The position numbers and the translations under genes are program-made. From contig OZ024741.1 in the NCBI GenBank assembly GCA_964016885.1, positions 124,124,001 to 124,188,000 of the forward strand: 64,000 nt of DNA, in the 5' to 3' direction. Shown here in pieces: positions 13,203 to 27,158 of this stretch. Positions within the stretch are counted from its first letter, which is position 1. Every line of letters starts with the position of its first letter. The DNA is from Eledone cirrhosa (lineage: Eukaryota). The notes beneath the pieces were generated by a model that saw only the letters and a list, made by a program, of their open reading frames with translations, searched no databases and was not told the DNA's origin.

Positions 13203-14166
13203 TACATACATACATACATGCATACACACACACACATATATATATATAGGTATGTATGTATGTGTGTATGTATAACAGAGGAAGAGAGAGAATAAGTGAG
13301 ACAGTGAGAGAGTGTGAGTTTTACATGAATTGTTACTTATTAGCACTTATGAATTCCAGCAGTAATAATTCTCAGCTGACTCCCAACTGTTAACAGCGAC
13401 ACAAATATAACAAGACAGAAAATCAATATTAAACAAATATTTCTAGAAATGTCTGTTAAAATTTATTTAACCATTCAGTTAACCAAGGACATACTTATTT
13501 TCTATTTTTATAGAACACAAACATTTAAACGAACCAACGATCGAAGAAAGAATAGAAAATCTTGTTCATTACATATGTGTATTTTACAAGAATTTTCTTC
13601 AAAACGTTTAGTCTTTATTTTTAGAATTGCTTTTTGGTTAAATTATTTCATTTTCACTCATATGTGTAGTAGACTGTTTAATTTATACATTGGAAAGACA
13701 TTAAAGGTTTATTGCTTTATCATCCCTATTATTAACGCAGCTATGTATGTCTGATCTTTAAGCAAATGATATTACGGAAAAAACACAAACAATTGCTTGA
13801 AGAAAAAAATGACGCCAAACAACAAAAAAAAAGTATGTGTTAACTCGATCAATTGGACTCTAGTTTGTATAGCAATTTTCGAGTAAACAAAGGGACAAGA
13901 AAAGCTAAAAATATCACAACAAAATATACCATTTCTCGACACAATCGATTAACTGATGTAATATATATCATGATCTCCCTACAAAATCAAAACAATGTAG
14001 TGTGTAAATATATGTTTGGCTGAATAAGTTCTAATTGAGGCTCAGATATAATGAGATAAATTATATTGCGTTGCTTTCATTTAAATGCTTCTTAAGTAGC
14101 TCATACAAAATTCATATATTAAAAAAAAAAAAAACTATCTATCTTTCATTATTTTGTTTGCCTTTC

Positions 14167-14640
14167 GGGCGGTGGATTGGCAGTATCGGTAGAGGGACGG
14201 ACGCCATGCTTTCCAGCATAGTTACGTCCCTTTACGATCTGAGTTCAAATCCCGCCGAGGTTGACTTTGCCTTTCATCCTTACGGGGTCGATAAAATAAA
14301 GTACCAGTAATGCACTGGGTAATTGCTGGCCTTGTGCCTAAAATAGAAACAATTATTTTGTTTGCCTTTCATCCTTACAGGGTCGATAAAATAAAGTACC
14401 AGTAATACACTGGGTAATTGCTGGCCTTGTGCCTAAAGTAGAAACAATTATTTTGTGGATTCACAATATCGGTAGCGGGTCGGACGCCATGCTTTGCAGC
14501 AAAGAGTTACGGCCCTTTATGGTCTGAGTTCAAATCCCGCCGAGGTTAACTTTGCCTTTCATCCTTACAGGGTCGATAAAATAAAGTACCAGTAATACAC
14601 TGGGTAATTGCTGGCCGTGTGCCAAAAGTAGAAACAATTT
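14167..14640 (+). mobile_element. Tandem SINE cluster (full copy, 3' half, near-full copy), Meta/MESC-like core
   Basis: A-box-like tggcagtatcggtag, B-box gagttcaaatccc, core gcctttcatccttacggggtcgataaaataaagtaccag and 3' end gcctaaagtagaaacaattatt. Confidence 0.9.
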
Positions 14641-15113
14641 AGAATATACTAAAGTTATTTGTATTAAATGCTGGAGATAATTACAGTTACAGGAAGAAGA
14701 TATAAGCGTCAATTCAACACCAATGAAATTTATCTGAAAGTAAGACTAATTTATTTTCACTACAATAATATATGTCAATTCTCTATCTATTCGTAGTTAC
14801 AATAATAGGTTTAGACATAATTAAAACAGATTTAAATGTATAAACAACAACATTTGATATCTGCAACTGCATGCGTATTCTATTTTAAAAATGTATATAT
14901 ATATATATATATATATGAAAAGTGTAATTTACTACACAAAACGAAGCAACTTCAAACTCCAATATAAATGAGGAAATCCTGAAAATCCTAAAAGAGATAA
15001 ATGGAAAACTCACCATTCTGACAAAAAAACAGGATATACCCCAAACCACCACACCGACTGACAACCAAATTTATTTAAACGTTCAAAACGTATGCAACTC
15101 CATCGAAAAACAT

Positions 15114-16196
15114 ATGAATACTAACACAGAACAGACGACATTGCTCCATATCAAAAACCAAATGGGACACCTCTGGAAAAAACATCTAAAAACCAGAAAA
15201 TTCACTTTCTGGAATATGATAAAAAACCTCAACAAAGCTGGAATTTACCAAAAATGGATTAACTCAACACCGATAGTTTTACCACGTAAATTCCAAATAA
15301 AGCATATTACAAACGAACCTGAACCAGAAAGAAAACTCCGTGAACAAATGTCACTCAACAGGATAAACATGGAAATAGAACTCCTAAAATTAAGGGCCAC
15401 CTCCAACGAGCAAGAGTATAAGGATACTGATAAAAATATGGAGGAAGAATGCACTAAAAAGGCCGAGGGAACAACCCTACAAAATTTAATCAAATCGTGG
15501 AAACAGGACTGCGAGAATGCAGAAATTATTTCCCTTAAACGGTTGGAAAAATCCGAAAACTGGTTCCTCAAATATGAAGAAGACTTTAAAAGGACGCACC
15601 AAACAGGTAACCCCTTTATAAAGCATTTGAACATAACAAGAACTACAACAGACACATTTACACCACCAAACCCAACACACACTAACCACAGGCACATCTC
15701 CCACCAACACAAACCAAATACGGCCAACTACACCAAAAGAAACACACCCAACCACCACAACACAGGTTTCCGTAGAAATGCCCCATACATAAACCAACGA
15801 CGAAATAACATAGATCCAACTCACAACACACACACCACATTCCTCAGAAGAAATCCACCCAGACCACTTGAAATCACAACAGAACTTACCCACAACCACA
15901 CCAGACATCACCCTCAATCCAACAAAAGACAACCCCCCAACCTCAACACTCTGTACCACAGAAATAACGCACCCAGACCACATGAACCAACAACAGAACC
16001 CTTGCTCATCAACAACCACAACACATACCACCCCCACCATCACACTCATCCTCATGAAACAACAAGCTACAGACCCACACGCAACAGACCAACAAAATAT
16101 AATCACACACAAAACTACATTCCTTTTTTAGGGAAAAGCCTGAAATACCAGGATACTCGATGCCCCCCCCCCCCCCTCAGGAGAAACCAAAAATAA
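15114..16196 (+). CDS. PLE upstream ORF (basic, coiled-coil-like N-half; His/Thr/Pro/Asn-rich C-half)
   Basis: 360-aa ORF, frame open upstream to about 14928. Overlaps the RT frame in -1. Confidence 0.7.
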   Translation: MNTNTEQTTLLHIKNQMGHLWKKHLKTRKFTFWNMIKNLNKAGIYQKWINSTPIVLPRKFQIKHITNEPEPERKLREQMSLNRINMEIELLKLRATSNEQEYKDTDKNMEEECTKKAEGTTLQNLIKSWKQDCENAEIISLKRLEKSENWFLKYEEDFKRTHQTGNPFIKHLNITRTTTDTFTPPNPTHTNHRHISHQHKPNTANYTKRNTPNHHNTGFRRNAPYINQRRNNIDPTHNTHTTFLRRNPPRPLEITTELTHNHTRHHPQSNKRQPPNLNTLYHRNNAPRPHEPTTEPLLINNHNTYHPHHHTHPHETTSYRPTRNRPTKYNHTQNYIPFLGKSLKYQDTRCPPPPLRRNQK

Positions 16197-18442
16197 TCAA
16201 CCTCTCAAAGACACCTCTAACCAACACACAAATCAACATTTTAAGTAAGGGCCTGAAATTTACACCTACACCACGTAAACCAAACTTCCCCGAAATGAAG
16301 GATGACATCATGGAATACTGCCGAAAGCTGCGACTAACGGAATTCTTCCACAACGACACTAACACTGAAGACGAATTACTGGTTAGAAATAAAAGCAATT
16401 TCTGCCCACAAAAGGGAAGAAATAAAGCACTGGACACGCACTGCGAACGCATCACCAACTTTCCCTATGAAAAAAATTACAAATAAACACACGAAATCAA
16501 ACCTATCTACACACGAATGGGGAGAATTATTCACACTTAGAAACAACCCTGAGTTAACTATCAAAGAAGCCGATAAAGGCAGTACTGTTGTCATTATGAA
16601 TACGGACTACTATAGGACCCTCGCACTTAACATTTTAGAAAACAACACATACTATGAAAAAACAGAAAACTACAAACACACCAAAACAATGGGGAACCTT
16701 TTGACCTTACTGAATAAATACCGCAACAGCTTAACCACAAAAGAGTTTAACTATATAAGCCACTTCAAATGCAATACAAGCTATTTTTACGGCTTACCGA
16801 AACTCCACAAATGTAAACCCATCAACGATGCATGTGAACCTCAACCAACAATTACATTGAACTAACACCACCAGAAGACCTAAAACTCAGGCCAATTATA
16901 GCAGGCCCTACATGTGAAACCCACAGACTTAGCAACTTTCTGGACATCCTACTGAAACCCTTTCTACAACATATACAGAGCTACATACGAGATGACCTTG
17001 ACATGCTGAAACACCTCCCTAAAACAGTAAGTGCAAATACAATTTTTGTCTCCTTTGACGTAATAAACCTCTACACAAACATACCCCACAACTATGGAAT
17101 AACAGCAGTCCAATACTGGCTTAACACACACCCATCAGAAATACCGACACGCATCAACAAAGATTTTATCACTGACGGACTCCGCTTTATCCTACAAAAT
17201 AACTACTTCACATTCAATGGTTCAACATACAGACAAGTATCAGGTACGGCAATGGGCACGAAAGTAGCACCCACATATGCCAACCTAGTCATGGGATTCC
17301 ATGAACAACAAATATACAGTCAGTCCCTTCTCTTATTTGGAGACTCTTTCCATACACACCTCAAAGCCAATTGGAAAAGATATCTAGACGACTGCTTTAT
17401 CCTATGGCAAGAAGACATGAACTCACTTACTATGTTTAAAAACATGATAAACAACATAGATAATAACATACAATTCACAATGGAATCCAATCCCAAGGAA
17501 TTAGCCTTCTTGGATATTCTCATCTCTGTAATAGACGGGAAATTAGATACAGATATATTCTATAAACCCACAGATTCCAAGCAATACCTCTTTTTCACAT
17601 CAAGCCACCCAAAACATACAAAACTTAACATTCCTTACAATTTGGCCAAACGTATATGTACCATAGTATCAGATCCACCTAAACGGGAGCAAAGACTAAA
17701 GGAACTAAAAGACACCCTTATCTTAAGAGCCTTTCCACTTGAAATAATCAACAATGGAATAGACAGGGCAAAACACCTAAATCCCCATCAACTTAACAAT
17801 CCAAAACATAAAACCACACTCAACACCCTGCCATATGTATCCACTTTCAACCCCAGAAATACCGAAATGTTTGATCACCTACACAAAAACCTCCCCATCC
17901 TACTTAAAGATGTAAAAATGAAGTCTATTCTTGAAACACACAAGATCCTTAAAAGTAAAAGACAACCCAAATCACTAAAACGCATTCTCACTGGACCAAA
18001 TATACCCAAACCAATCCTCAACCCTACAGTTACCAAATGTGGTAGAACAAACTGTGGAACGTGCCTCTACCTCACTGAAGGACAAACATTTACTTTTAAA
18101 GATGGCCAAACATTTACAGTAAAAAACAATTTCACCTGCAACTCGGAGAACTTGATTTACGCAATAACTTGCGGTGGGTGCAAACACAACTACATAGGAC
18201 AGACGGGCACCTCATTACGCAAAAGAATGACCATCCACCGCCAACAAATCCGGGACGCTAGCACAAGAAAAATCCCCTTGAGCAGCCATATTGCGAACTG
18301 CGCAGGAATGACACTACCCAACTTTAAAATCTTCCCCTTCTACAAGTGCTCAGATTCGTTCACACAGCAACAAAGAATAAACAAAGAAAATCTATTCCTT
18401 AACAAATTTAAACCAAAACTAAACGGGTTATCACCCCAATAG
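16131..18442 (+). pseudogene. PLE reverse transcriptase-GIY-YIG endonuclease ORF with two frameshifts (about 16470 and 16850)
   Basis: KIINLS..LSKGLKFTPTP; IKEADKGSTVVIMN; FYGLPKLHK; FDVINLYTNIP; GTAMGTKVAPTYANL; RYLDDC; FLDI; Cys linker CGRTNCGTC; NLIYAITC..YIGQT..RMTIH. Confidence 0.93.
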
Positions 18443-18997
18443 AATTGTCATAAAATATAAACACACATACGCACGGAATCACTACTATTAAAGACCAGAG
18501 ACCAATTCTGTAGAATCAGGTTTATTCGTTGACAGACCATGCCTTTGTGTGACCAACACATCCATGTTAAACCCTGCACGTACACACACATATATCTATA
18601 TATATATGCGCACACAGAATTCACCACTGTCGGTTGCGGGGCCCAATCTACATGAAGAACTCAATGTGATCAGAATGACTTGTATTTTAATTTCACTGCC
18701 CTAACTTCTTATATTATGGAAACAATATATGTGTATGTATGTATATATATATATTTGGAGGCCATTTCTCTGTGTGTGGGTGTATGTATGTGTATATGTG
18801 TGTGTGTGTGTATGTGTGTGGATGTGGATGTATGTATTGTGTGTGCGTGTGTGTGTGTGTGTGTGTGTATGTATGTGTGTATCTGGATGTATGCGTATGT
18901 GTATATATATATGTGTGTGTGTGTGTATATATATATGTGTGTGTATGTGTATATATGTGTGTATGTGTGTATCTGGATGTATGTGTATGTATATATA

Positions 18998-19030
<33 letters not shown>

Positions 19031-19101
19031 GTGTGTGTATGTGCATATATGTGTGTGTGTATGTGTGTATGTATATGTATGTGTGTGTGTATGTATGTGT
19101 G

Positions 19102-19172
<71 letters not shown>

Positions 19173-19520
19173 ATGTATATGTATATATGTGTGGATGAAG
19201 GTATGTGTGTATATATAGGTGTAAGTGCACTAAATCCCTTTCTATCAATCTCCCCTCTCTTACCCAGCACAGGAAGATATATGTATGTATATTGCTTCCA
19301 CCCCTCACTGACCAGCACCTGGCCATCTGGCCATTGCTAAATTTGACCTTTATAAAATAACCCACACCCCCAAATCACTTCTCATTCACTACCAGAAGCA
19401 GTCAACGAGCTGCTACCAAGATGAAAACTACTATGAAATCCCACAATGAATTTTATACTTGAATTTTCAAATCTCAAATTTTAACTCTTCTTATCATTAA
19501 TTTTTCTTAATATTAATCAA

Positions 19521-19564
19521 CATTTGAAAAGATGGCTTTTGCAGACCCATCGAAACCGGTCATT
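19521..19564 (+). ncRNA. Minimal hammerhead ribozyme (U3-A8 core variant) in the PLE pseudo-LTR
   Basis: TTGAAAA gatgg-(11 nt)-ccatc GAAA CCGG TC. Palindromic ACCGGT stem III, GUC cleavage triplet at 19559-19561, weak stem I. Confidence 0.65.
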
Positions 19565-19665
19565 TTTTATACCCTTTATTATTTCCTTACCTTATAAAAT
19601 TATATGTTTTTTCACAAAAAAGTATTCTGTCTCTTATATATTCCATGTGCCATTACCAACCTCAA

Positions 19666-19780
<115 letters not shown>

Positions 19781-20554
19781 TAGTGTATTTTCCGTTGTAT
19801 ATTATCCCCACTCGTATAAGACCGACGGGTATTTTACAATGATGTTTTGTGAAACAATTTATTTTTGTATGATTCATAAGATATACTAAAAGATAGTTAA
19901 AAGAGTCTTTTAGGAGAAAATGTAATGTATTATTTCATTAATGGATATCTAGTATTGCGATAGTAAAATGGAATAAAGTATGAAACTTTTACCTTTTAAA
20001 GGCGATTAAATCAAATTTGACATTGCAGAAAATAAATATCGATACAATTATATCAATGAGTTATGATACATCTAGACAATGCCAATTGGTAAAAACTATT
20101 TGAAAACAATCAGTCGAATAGTATATAGGTGAATGAATTCTTTTAACAATAGATACAATATATGTAGACAAAGTAGACAAGGCAACATATTCCATAGAAT
20201 ATTACTATTAGTATACCGCAATCAACGGGAAAATAATTTAATTCATTCCATCAGAAATTGTTATTCGGCAGACAGTAGAGTTTATCTCTTGTAGCAAGCA
20301 ATACCTACCCTACCCCCCTCCTCACACACACTGCAAAAGAACTTATACAAAGTTATTTAATCTCAATCCTTAACAGCTTGAAAATCTTCTCAATTAGTTA
20401 AAGTATTATTGTCAATTTCTGAAAACTCATTATCATCGTATGTTTCCTTATTATCTATATTCTGATCACTGGCTCTCCCTGCAATAGGGTCTGTGCTATC
20501 AGTATGTTCAAACAATTACTCCACCTCTATCTAACCAGGAGCATTGTTAACAGA

Positions 20555-21345
20555 CTATGACATACACTTCTGACATACAATAGTCATAGACCCACAATAT
20601 TCATGTTCATGCATCACTATGAAATACTGTAGTAGTTTTAGGTTACCTCACTGCTATGACATATACCGATATATCTGTTGCTACACAATAGGCAAATATT
20701 CTTAGATTGCCATAGCATTCTCTGGTTATGACATCACACTACTATGACAGGCACTTCTTACGACGTCACACTAATATGACATACACTAATTATGACATCA
20801 CCCAAATATAACATACACTAGTTATGATATAACACTACTATGGCATACACCTATTTATGACATCACACAAATATGACATGCACTGAAAATGACATATCAT
20901 AGTTTTAGGTTATTACATTGCTATGGTATATACTGGTATATCTGTTCTTAGTAAAATATTCCAACACTGCTATGGATAAACTTGTTATAACATGACACTA
21001 ATGTCACATCTACTAGTTATATTATTATGCTGAGATCACATTCACTAGTTATGTTATCACAGCTCTATGACTTACACTTGTTACATTATTATGCTGTTAT
21101 CACATTCACCAGTTATGCCATCACATGACTTACAATAGTCATCTGTTTTTACATATCTATGTCATACAATAGCCACAGCTAATTACATTATGACATGTCT
21201 TCGTCGTAGGTTCCTATAAGTCTATAATATCCCTTAGTCATAGGTTCCTACACGGCTATGGCGTGCAATAATAAGATTCCTACATGAATATGATGTACAA
21301 TAGTCATAGATTCCTACTCGGCTATGACATACACTAATCATGTGT
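20555..21345. repeat. Degenerate minisatellite (tatgacat(a/c)acact-type units)
   Basis: Recurring ctatgacatacact / gttatgacatcacac motifs throughout. Confidence 0.7.
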
Positions 21346-21587
21346 TATAGTAACACAGCTGTAGTTACAGGTAATAGAATTCATCGCTTTATGTCCGATT
21401 AATAAACCGTTTGTAGATTGCATCATACATAGATTTCGTGTGGCGTTCATAGCCTGGGAGTCAAAGGGTACCTCATTCCCAGATGAGCTGACCACTGGTC
21501 AGTCACATGCATTCTGTTTCTCTTCTCCGTATCTCTCTCGCATATTCGCATATTCTTTCTCTTTCACTCCACCCCCCCCCTCTCTCT

Positions 21588-21616
<29 letters not shown>

Positions 21617-21621
<5 letters not shown>

Positions 21622-21789
21622 GTAGAACACTGCAAGGTGATATCCGTAGTGGTAGAGCACTCAGTCCATGGGACGAGTTAAGTAGAAGTGGTTACACAAC
21701 ACTTAGTTCACCATACCGAGAACAATTGTTTCACATTAGCGGATCCTCAGCTTGTAAAGGACGGTACGAGCTGAGGATCCGCTAAAGTG

Positions 21790-21792
<3 letters not shown>
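21617..21792 (-). mobile_element. Short (TA)n-flanked pLTR-like element with a terminal fold-back and hammerhead-like motif
   Basis: Hairpin 21729-21792. The minus strand reads CTGAGGA tccgctaatgt GAAA CAATTG TT ctcg. 21617-21700 recurs inverted at about 43852-43940. Confidence 0.6.
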
Positions 21793-21840
<48 letters not shown>

Positions 21841-21940
21841 CATACAAACATACATACATACAATCATACATACATACATACATACATACATACATACATA
21901 CATACATACATACATACATACATACATACATACATACATA

Positions 21941-23270
21941 AGAAAATACAAAAGAAAATATGGTCATCAGAACTGTCAGCATACAACAAATACATTGCCC
22001 ACAATACTTATGCTGTGCCAATTCTAACGCCAACATTTGGCCTACTGATCTGGTCATTGCAAGAACTAAGTGAGATGGATGTTAGAACTCGAAAACTTCT
22101 CAGTGTTACTGGGAACTTTAACATCAATTGTGATGTGGATAGGCTATACTTCTCACGCAAGGAAGGTGGCCGGGGTCTAAAATCAATATTAACAACATAT
22201 GAGACCCGGATAGTAACACTGAAGCAACACCTTCAACAGAGGAAAAAGGTTGGCAACCATCTTGCCCAGGTTTATGACCATGAAAAAAGAAATATCATTA
22301 GAATAGCGACTGATCTGGAGGAGAGATATGGAATAAAGCCTGATATAAATCTCTCACCCAGAGAAATCGGAAGATCCTATTCAATGTTCAAACAAGATAA
22401 AAAAATTGACCAATTTACAGAAAAAGTTGTGCATGGATACTTGAGACGTAAAACACAGACCATAGAGGGGATAAACCACTCAAAAAGCCTGGCATGGAGT
22501 TCCGACAAGTTTATGACATCACACCTTGAGGGATATCTCTATGCAATACAGGAACAAGAACTCCCTACCAAATATCTGCTGCACAAAAGAGGAGGGCCAG
22601 CAGCTGACAATAAATGTAGGCTATGTAAAACAAAGATCGAGGATGTAAGCCACATTATTGCCAGCTGCGAAAGAATGTCATCTCGCTACTACCTCCCCAT
22701 GAGACACGATGGGATAGCTAGAACCATCTGGAACGCACTTCGGAAAACAAAATTAACAACAAACGAGGAAGAATATATTGAGACAGATGGCACTAAGGAA
22801 TACTGGTGGAACCTGAAAATAAAAACTGCCACCAAATTAAAGCACAACCGGCCTGATATTGTAGTTTGGAAACCACACATTGAAAACGTGTTCTGTTGTG
22901 GAGATCAGCTGCCCACTTGATGTAAACGTTGTCAGAAAAATACAGTAGAAGGAGGACATCTACGGACCATTGATGAGGAGTTTACAAATCCAGTATCCAA
23001 GATACACCTTTAGCTTCATACCCATCATTATTGGTGCTACGGGTTATATACCAACCCGCTTGGACCAAAGTATGACTGAACTTGGATTTGCGGACAAAAA
23101 GCGCAGCTCCCTAATTCATAGTCTACAAATGGCTGCGATAGCTGGCACCTTCAAAATTTGCAAAACATTTTTGCGATTCAAGGGATGACAATTTCTTTTC
23201 TTTTACAACCTTGCCACCAGGAAGGTGGCAGGTCAAAAAAAATATACTCGAAATTAAGAGAAAGAGAAAA
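21941..23270 (+). mobile_element. 5'-truncated R4/Dong-clade non-LTR retrotransposon (RT C-terminus, CCHC, restriction-like endonuclease)
   Basis: DVDRLYFSRKEGGRGL; CRLCKTKIEDVSHIIASC; RHDGIA; KHNRPDIVVW; frameshift and stop near 22870-22950; flanked by (CATA)n. Confidence 0.88.
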
Positions 23271-23344
23271 CATACATACATACATACATACATACATACA
23301 TACATACATACATACATACATACATACATACATACATACATACT

Positions 23345-23916
23345 CCATGAGACACGATGGGATAGCTAGAACTATCTGGAACGCACTTCGGAAAACAAAA
23401 TTAACAACAAACGAGGAAGAATATATTGAGACAGATGGCACTAAGGAATACTAGTGGAACCTGAAAATAAAAACTGCCACCAAATTAAAGCACAACCGGC
23501 CTGATATTGTAGTTTGGGACCACACATTGAAAACGTGTTCTGTTGTGGAGATCAGCTACCCACTTGATGTAAACGTTGTCAGAAAAATACAGGAGAAGGA
23601 GGACATCTACGGACCATTGATGAGGAGTTTACAAATCCAGTATCCAAGATACACCTTTAGCTTCATACCCATCATTATTGGTGCTACGGGTTATATACCA
23701 ACCCGCTTGGACCAAAGTATGACTGAACTTGGATTTGCGGACAAAAAGCGCAGCTCCCTAATTCATAGTCTACAAATGGCTGCGATAGCTGGCACCTTCA
23801 AAATTTGCAAAACATTCTTGCGATTCAAGGGATGACAATTTCTTTTCGTTTACAACCTTGCCACCAGGAAGGTGGCCGGTCAAAAAAATATACTCGAAAT
23901 TAAGAGAAAGAGAAAA
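23345..23916 (+). mobile_element. Second, shorter 5'-truncated copy of the same R4/Dong-like element
   Basis: Near-identical to 22697-23270, with the same 3' end aaattaagagaaagagaaaa followed by (CATA)n. Confidence 0.9.
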
Positions 23917-24618
23917 CATACATACATACATACATACATACATACATACATACATACATACATACATACATACATACATACATACATACAATACATGCAT
24001 ACATACAGTCGCAATAACATTTAGACAGAAAATGTACATATACAATGATAGGTTTCATAACCCTGAGGTCAGAAGCTACAATATAGTTTTCTTTAACTCC
24101 AACTTAAACTTCTAAGATAGATTATGTCCAGCAAACATTTATATCCATCTTATCTTTATGAAAGGAATACAAAGAAACACTCTTATTTTGAAACAATTCA
24201 ACATGGCAGCTAATTCTAACTTTCATTTTAATTTAATTTTAGTTTTGTTGTTGAGTTAATGGAATGTATACTACATACTTTCTGATATAATAAACTCTAT
24301 TGGGATATTTGCCTTTCATTAAATTCCATCTACAGTTCTCATTTGTTTGACTGTTTATCCAGTGTAGTTACTTAATGAACCGTTTAGATTCCCGACTGTG
24401 ATACTCAAGCAAACAACGGGGAAGTTGAGATAATGATTCCTAATTGTGTTAGAGCTACTATCAAACAATATATATACTTACTTTGGCTAGATTCCCATTA
24501 TTCGTGAATAAATCAAATATTAATGAAGTGTTTGGAAATTACAGATGTCTCTTCATCATATGAATACATGCACAGGCACTCACACAAGTATACACACACG
24601 GACACACACACACACACA

Positions 24619-24794
<176 letters not shown>

Positions 24795-25054
24795 GCGGTC
24801 AGGCCAGGCTTCTACTTACTACTGGTACCATGTAACCATGTACAACTTGCGTCATGCTCCGGTAGTCGGCATCTAAACCGGCTCATCTACTAGACCTTGG
24901 TCTGCTGCGGCGGGTAAATGGAATCTAAGAAGCACAAAAATAAGAGCTGTTAAATGGGCGGGTGAACTCCTTAGATTCAACGGCCATCCACCCTAAATAT
25001 GGATTAAATAAGCTCGTCAACCAGTAATTGACCATGCGTGCGGAGTACAGCTAA

Positions 25055-27068
25055 CCCCGTTCACATAGTTAAAACTCCGAGGATAAATCTCAAGGATCAT
25101 AAAGGTAATTTGCGAACGGAACTACCTGTTAAACTAATCGCCCCCTCTAAATCAGATCTGGGGGTTGTTAGTAAAGCCATCTTGAATAGAATTATCCCAC
25201 AGGTTCGTTCTAATTGCTCTATTTCTAACTTAAATTTATGGTTTGGTACATCTGAAGTAATTGGCTGGTTCAACAACCTGAATAAGAAAAACAAACAAAA
25301 ATGTATTCAATTTGATATTGCCAGCTCCTATTCTTCTATTTCGCCTTCACTTCTCAACAATGCTCTATCTTTCGCATTTAAATATTCTGACATCACCACA
25401 GATGAACTTCCCATCATTCTCACTGCAAGAAAAACCATCTTAGAATTCAACAATGAATACTGGACTAGAGCTGATACTTTCAACAACTTTGATATCACAA
25501 TGGGTGCTTCCAATTCATCGCAACTGACTGATTTGATTGGTATTTTTATTTTGAATTCTTTAAATCGGAAAATTCCTCAACTTCGCGGTGGAATTTATCA
25601 TGACGATGAACTCTTTACTATCTTAAATTGTAATTTAGTTAATATTATTAAGAACAATATACGTGATCTCTTTAAGCAACATAACCTTAAAATCGAATTT
25701 GATAACAGCGTCAAACTAGTTAACTTCTTGGATATATCCCTTAAATTTGACACTGGCCTATATTACCCTTACCATAAAAACAATGAGAATCTAAATTATG
25801 TTAATTTTAAATCTGACCACCCCACTAACATTAAAAATGCTATAGTCAGTAATATTGGAAAACGAATATAAAACCTGTCCTCTAATAAAAATATCTTTGA
25901 TGCTAACGCCAATTACTATAATAATGCGCTTTCTAAAGCCGGTTATCCTGATAAAATTAAATACAGTAAAGAAACCAATCCTAGAAGGTCTTACAGTGAA
26001 ATAATTATTTATGATCATTCCAATAACTTAAATAGAAGACCTAGATACAAAAATATAATCTGGTATAATGCTCCTTTCTCTATTTCTATTAATAATAATA
26101 TTCCTAAACTATTGTTTAGGGCTTTAGATAAATGCTTCCCTCCCTTACATATCTATAGTAAAATCTTTAACAAACATACAATACAATTGTCCTATTCCAC
26201 CTCCTCCAACATCTCTAACATTATCTCTAAACACAACAATAAAATATTAAATATTAAATCACATCCTTCCAACACTGAGTGTCATAATAATAGCAGTAGT
26301 ACTCCCGATGTCATTGTTAACTCTAGGCTAGACTCTGCAAACTCAAATACGACGTCAAATGTAACTTCGTTGAATGTTCATAATACAAATCTAAATCAGG
26401 AAACTATTATTCCTATCGTAAATAACTTCTCCAATCCAATTCCTTCTATAAATAACACTAGGTCACTTGTTAATAACTGTGTTAATTTCTCTAATCGCAA
26501 TTGTAATTGCCCTGTTAGAACTAAATGTCCTCTCAATAACCATTGTCTTGAAAAAAACTTAGTCTATGAATGTAAGGTTATAACTTATACCAATTCCTTT
26601 ACCTATTTCTGTTCCACTTCCACCTCCTTCAAAGCTAGATTTTATAATTACAATTCGTCTTTTAAATACCAACTTAAAAGAACTAACACGGAACTCTCAG
26701 AACTCATATGGTACTTGAAAGACAAAAATATCAACTATAACATCTCTTGGAGAAAAGTTTGCAACGCCTCTCCCTACTTGAATGCCTCCCTATATAGACC
26801 ATGTAATCTTTGCCTATCTGATAAATTTACCATTATATCTAATTTAAATTCTATAATAAATAGACGCATTGATTTATTTTCTCTCTGCTTGCATAAATTC
26901 CACAGAACATTCCATAAAGTTTACAGCTAATATCTAATACCTCATCTCATGTTGATATTTGTTTTTGAAATGCGCATAATAAAATACTTGGAACTCCTTT
27001 AACCATCTTTTGATCTTATATTATATATATATATATATATATACCGATGATTTGAACAGAGACACGCA

Positions 27069-27072
<4 letters not shown>
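25055..27072 (+). mobile_element. 5'-truncated, degenerate Naiad-type Penelope-like element (RT plus GIY-YIG)
   Basis: LKDHK..LIAPSKS; QFDI; FDITMG; GIYHDDE; VNFLDI; IIWYNAPFS; FPP.H.YSKIFN; CNC....CPL...CL...VYECKV; TELSELIWYLK; CNLCL. Confidence 0.85.

Positions 27073-27158
<86 letters not shown>

Noticed and set aside
14167-14260. tRNA gene
   Set aside because: The A/B-box-like motifs belong to a multi-copy SINE head, and no full cloverleaf forms.
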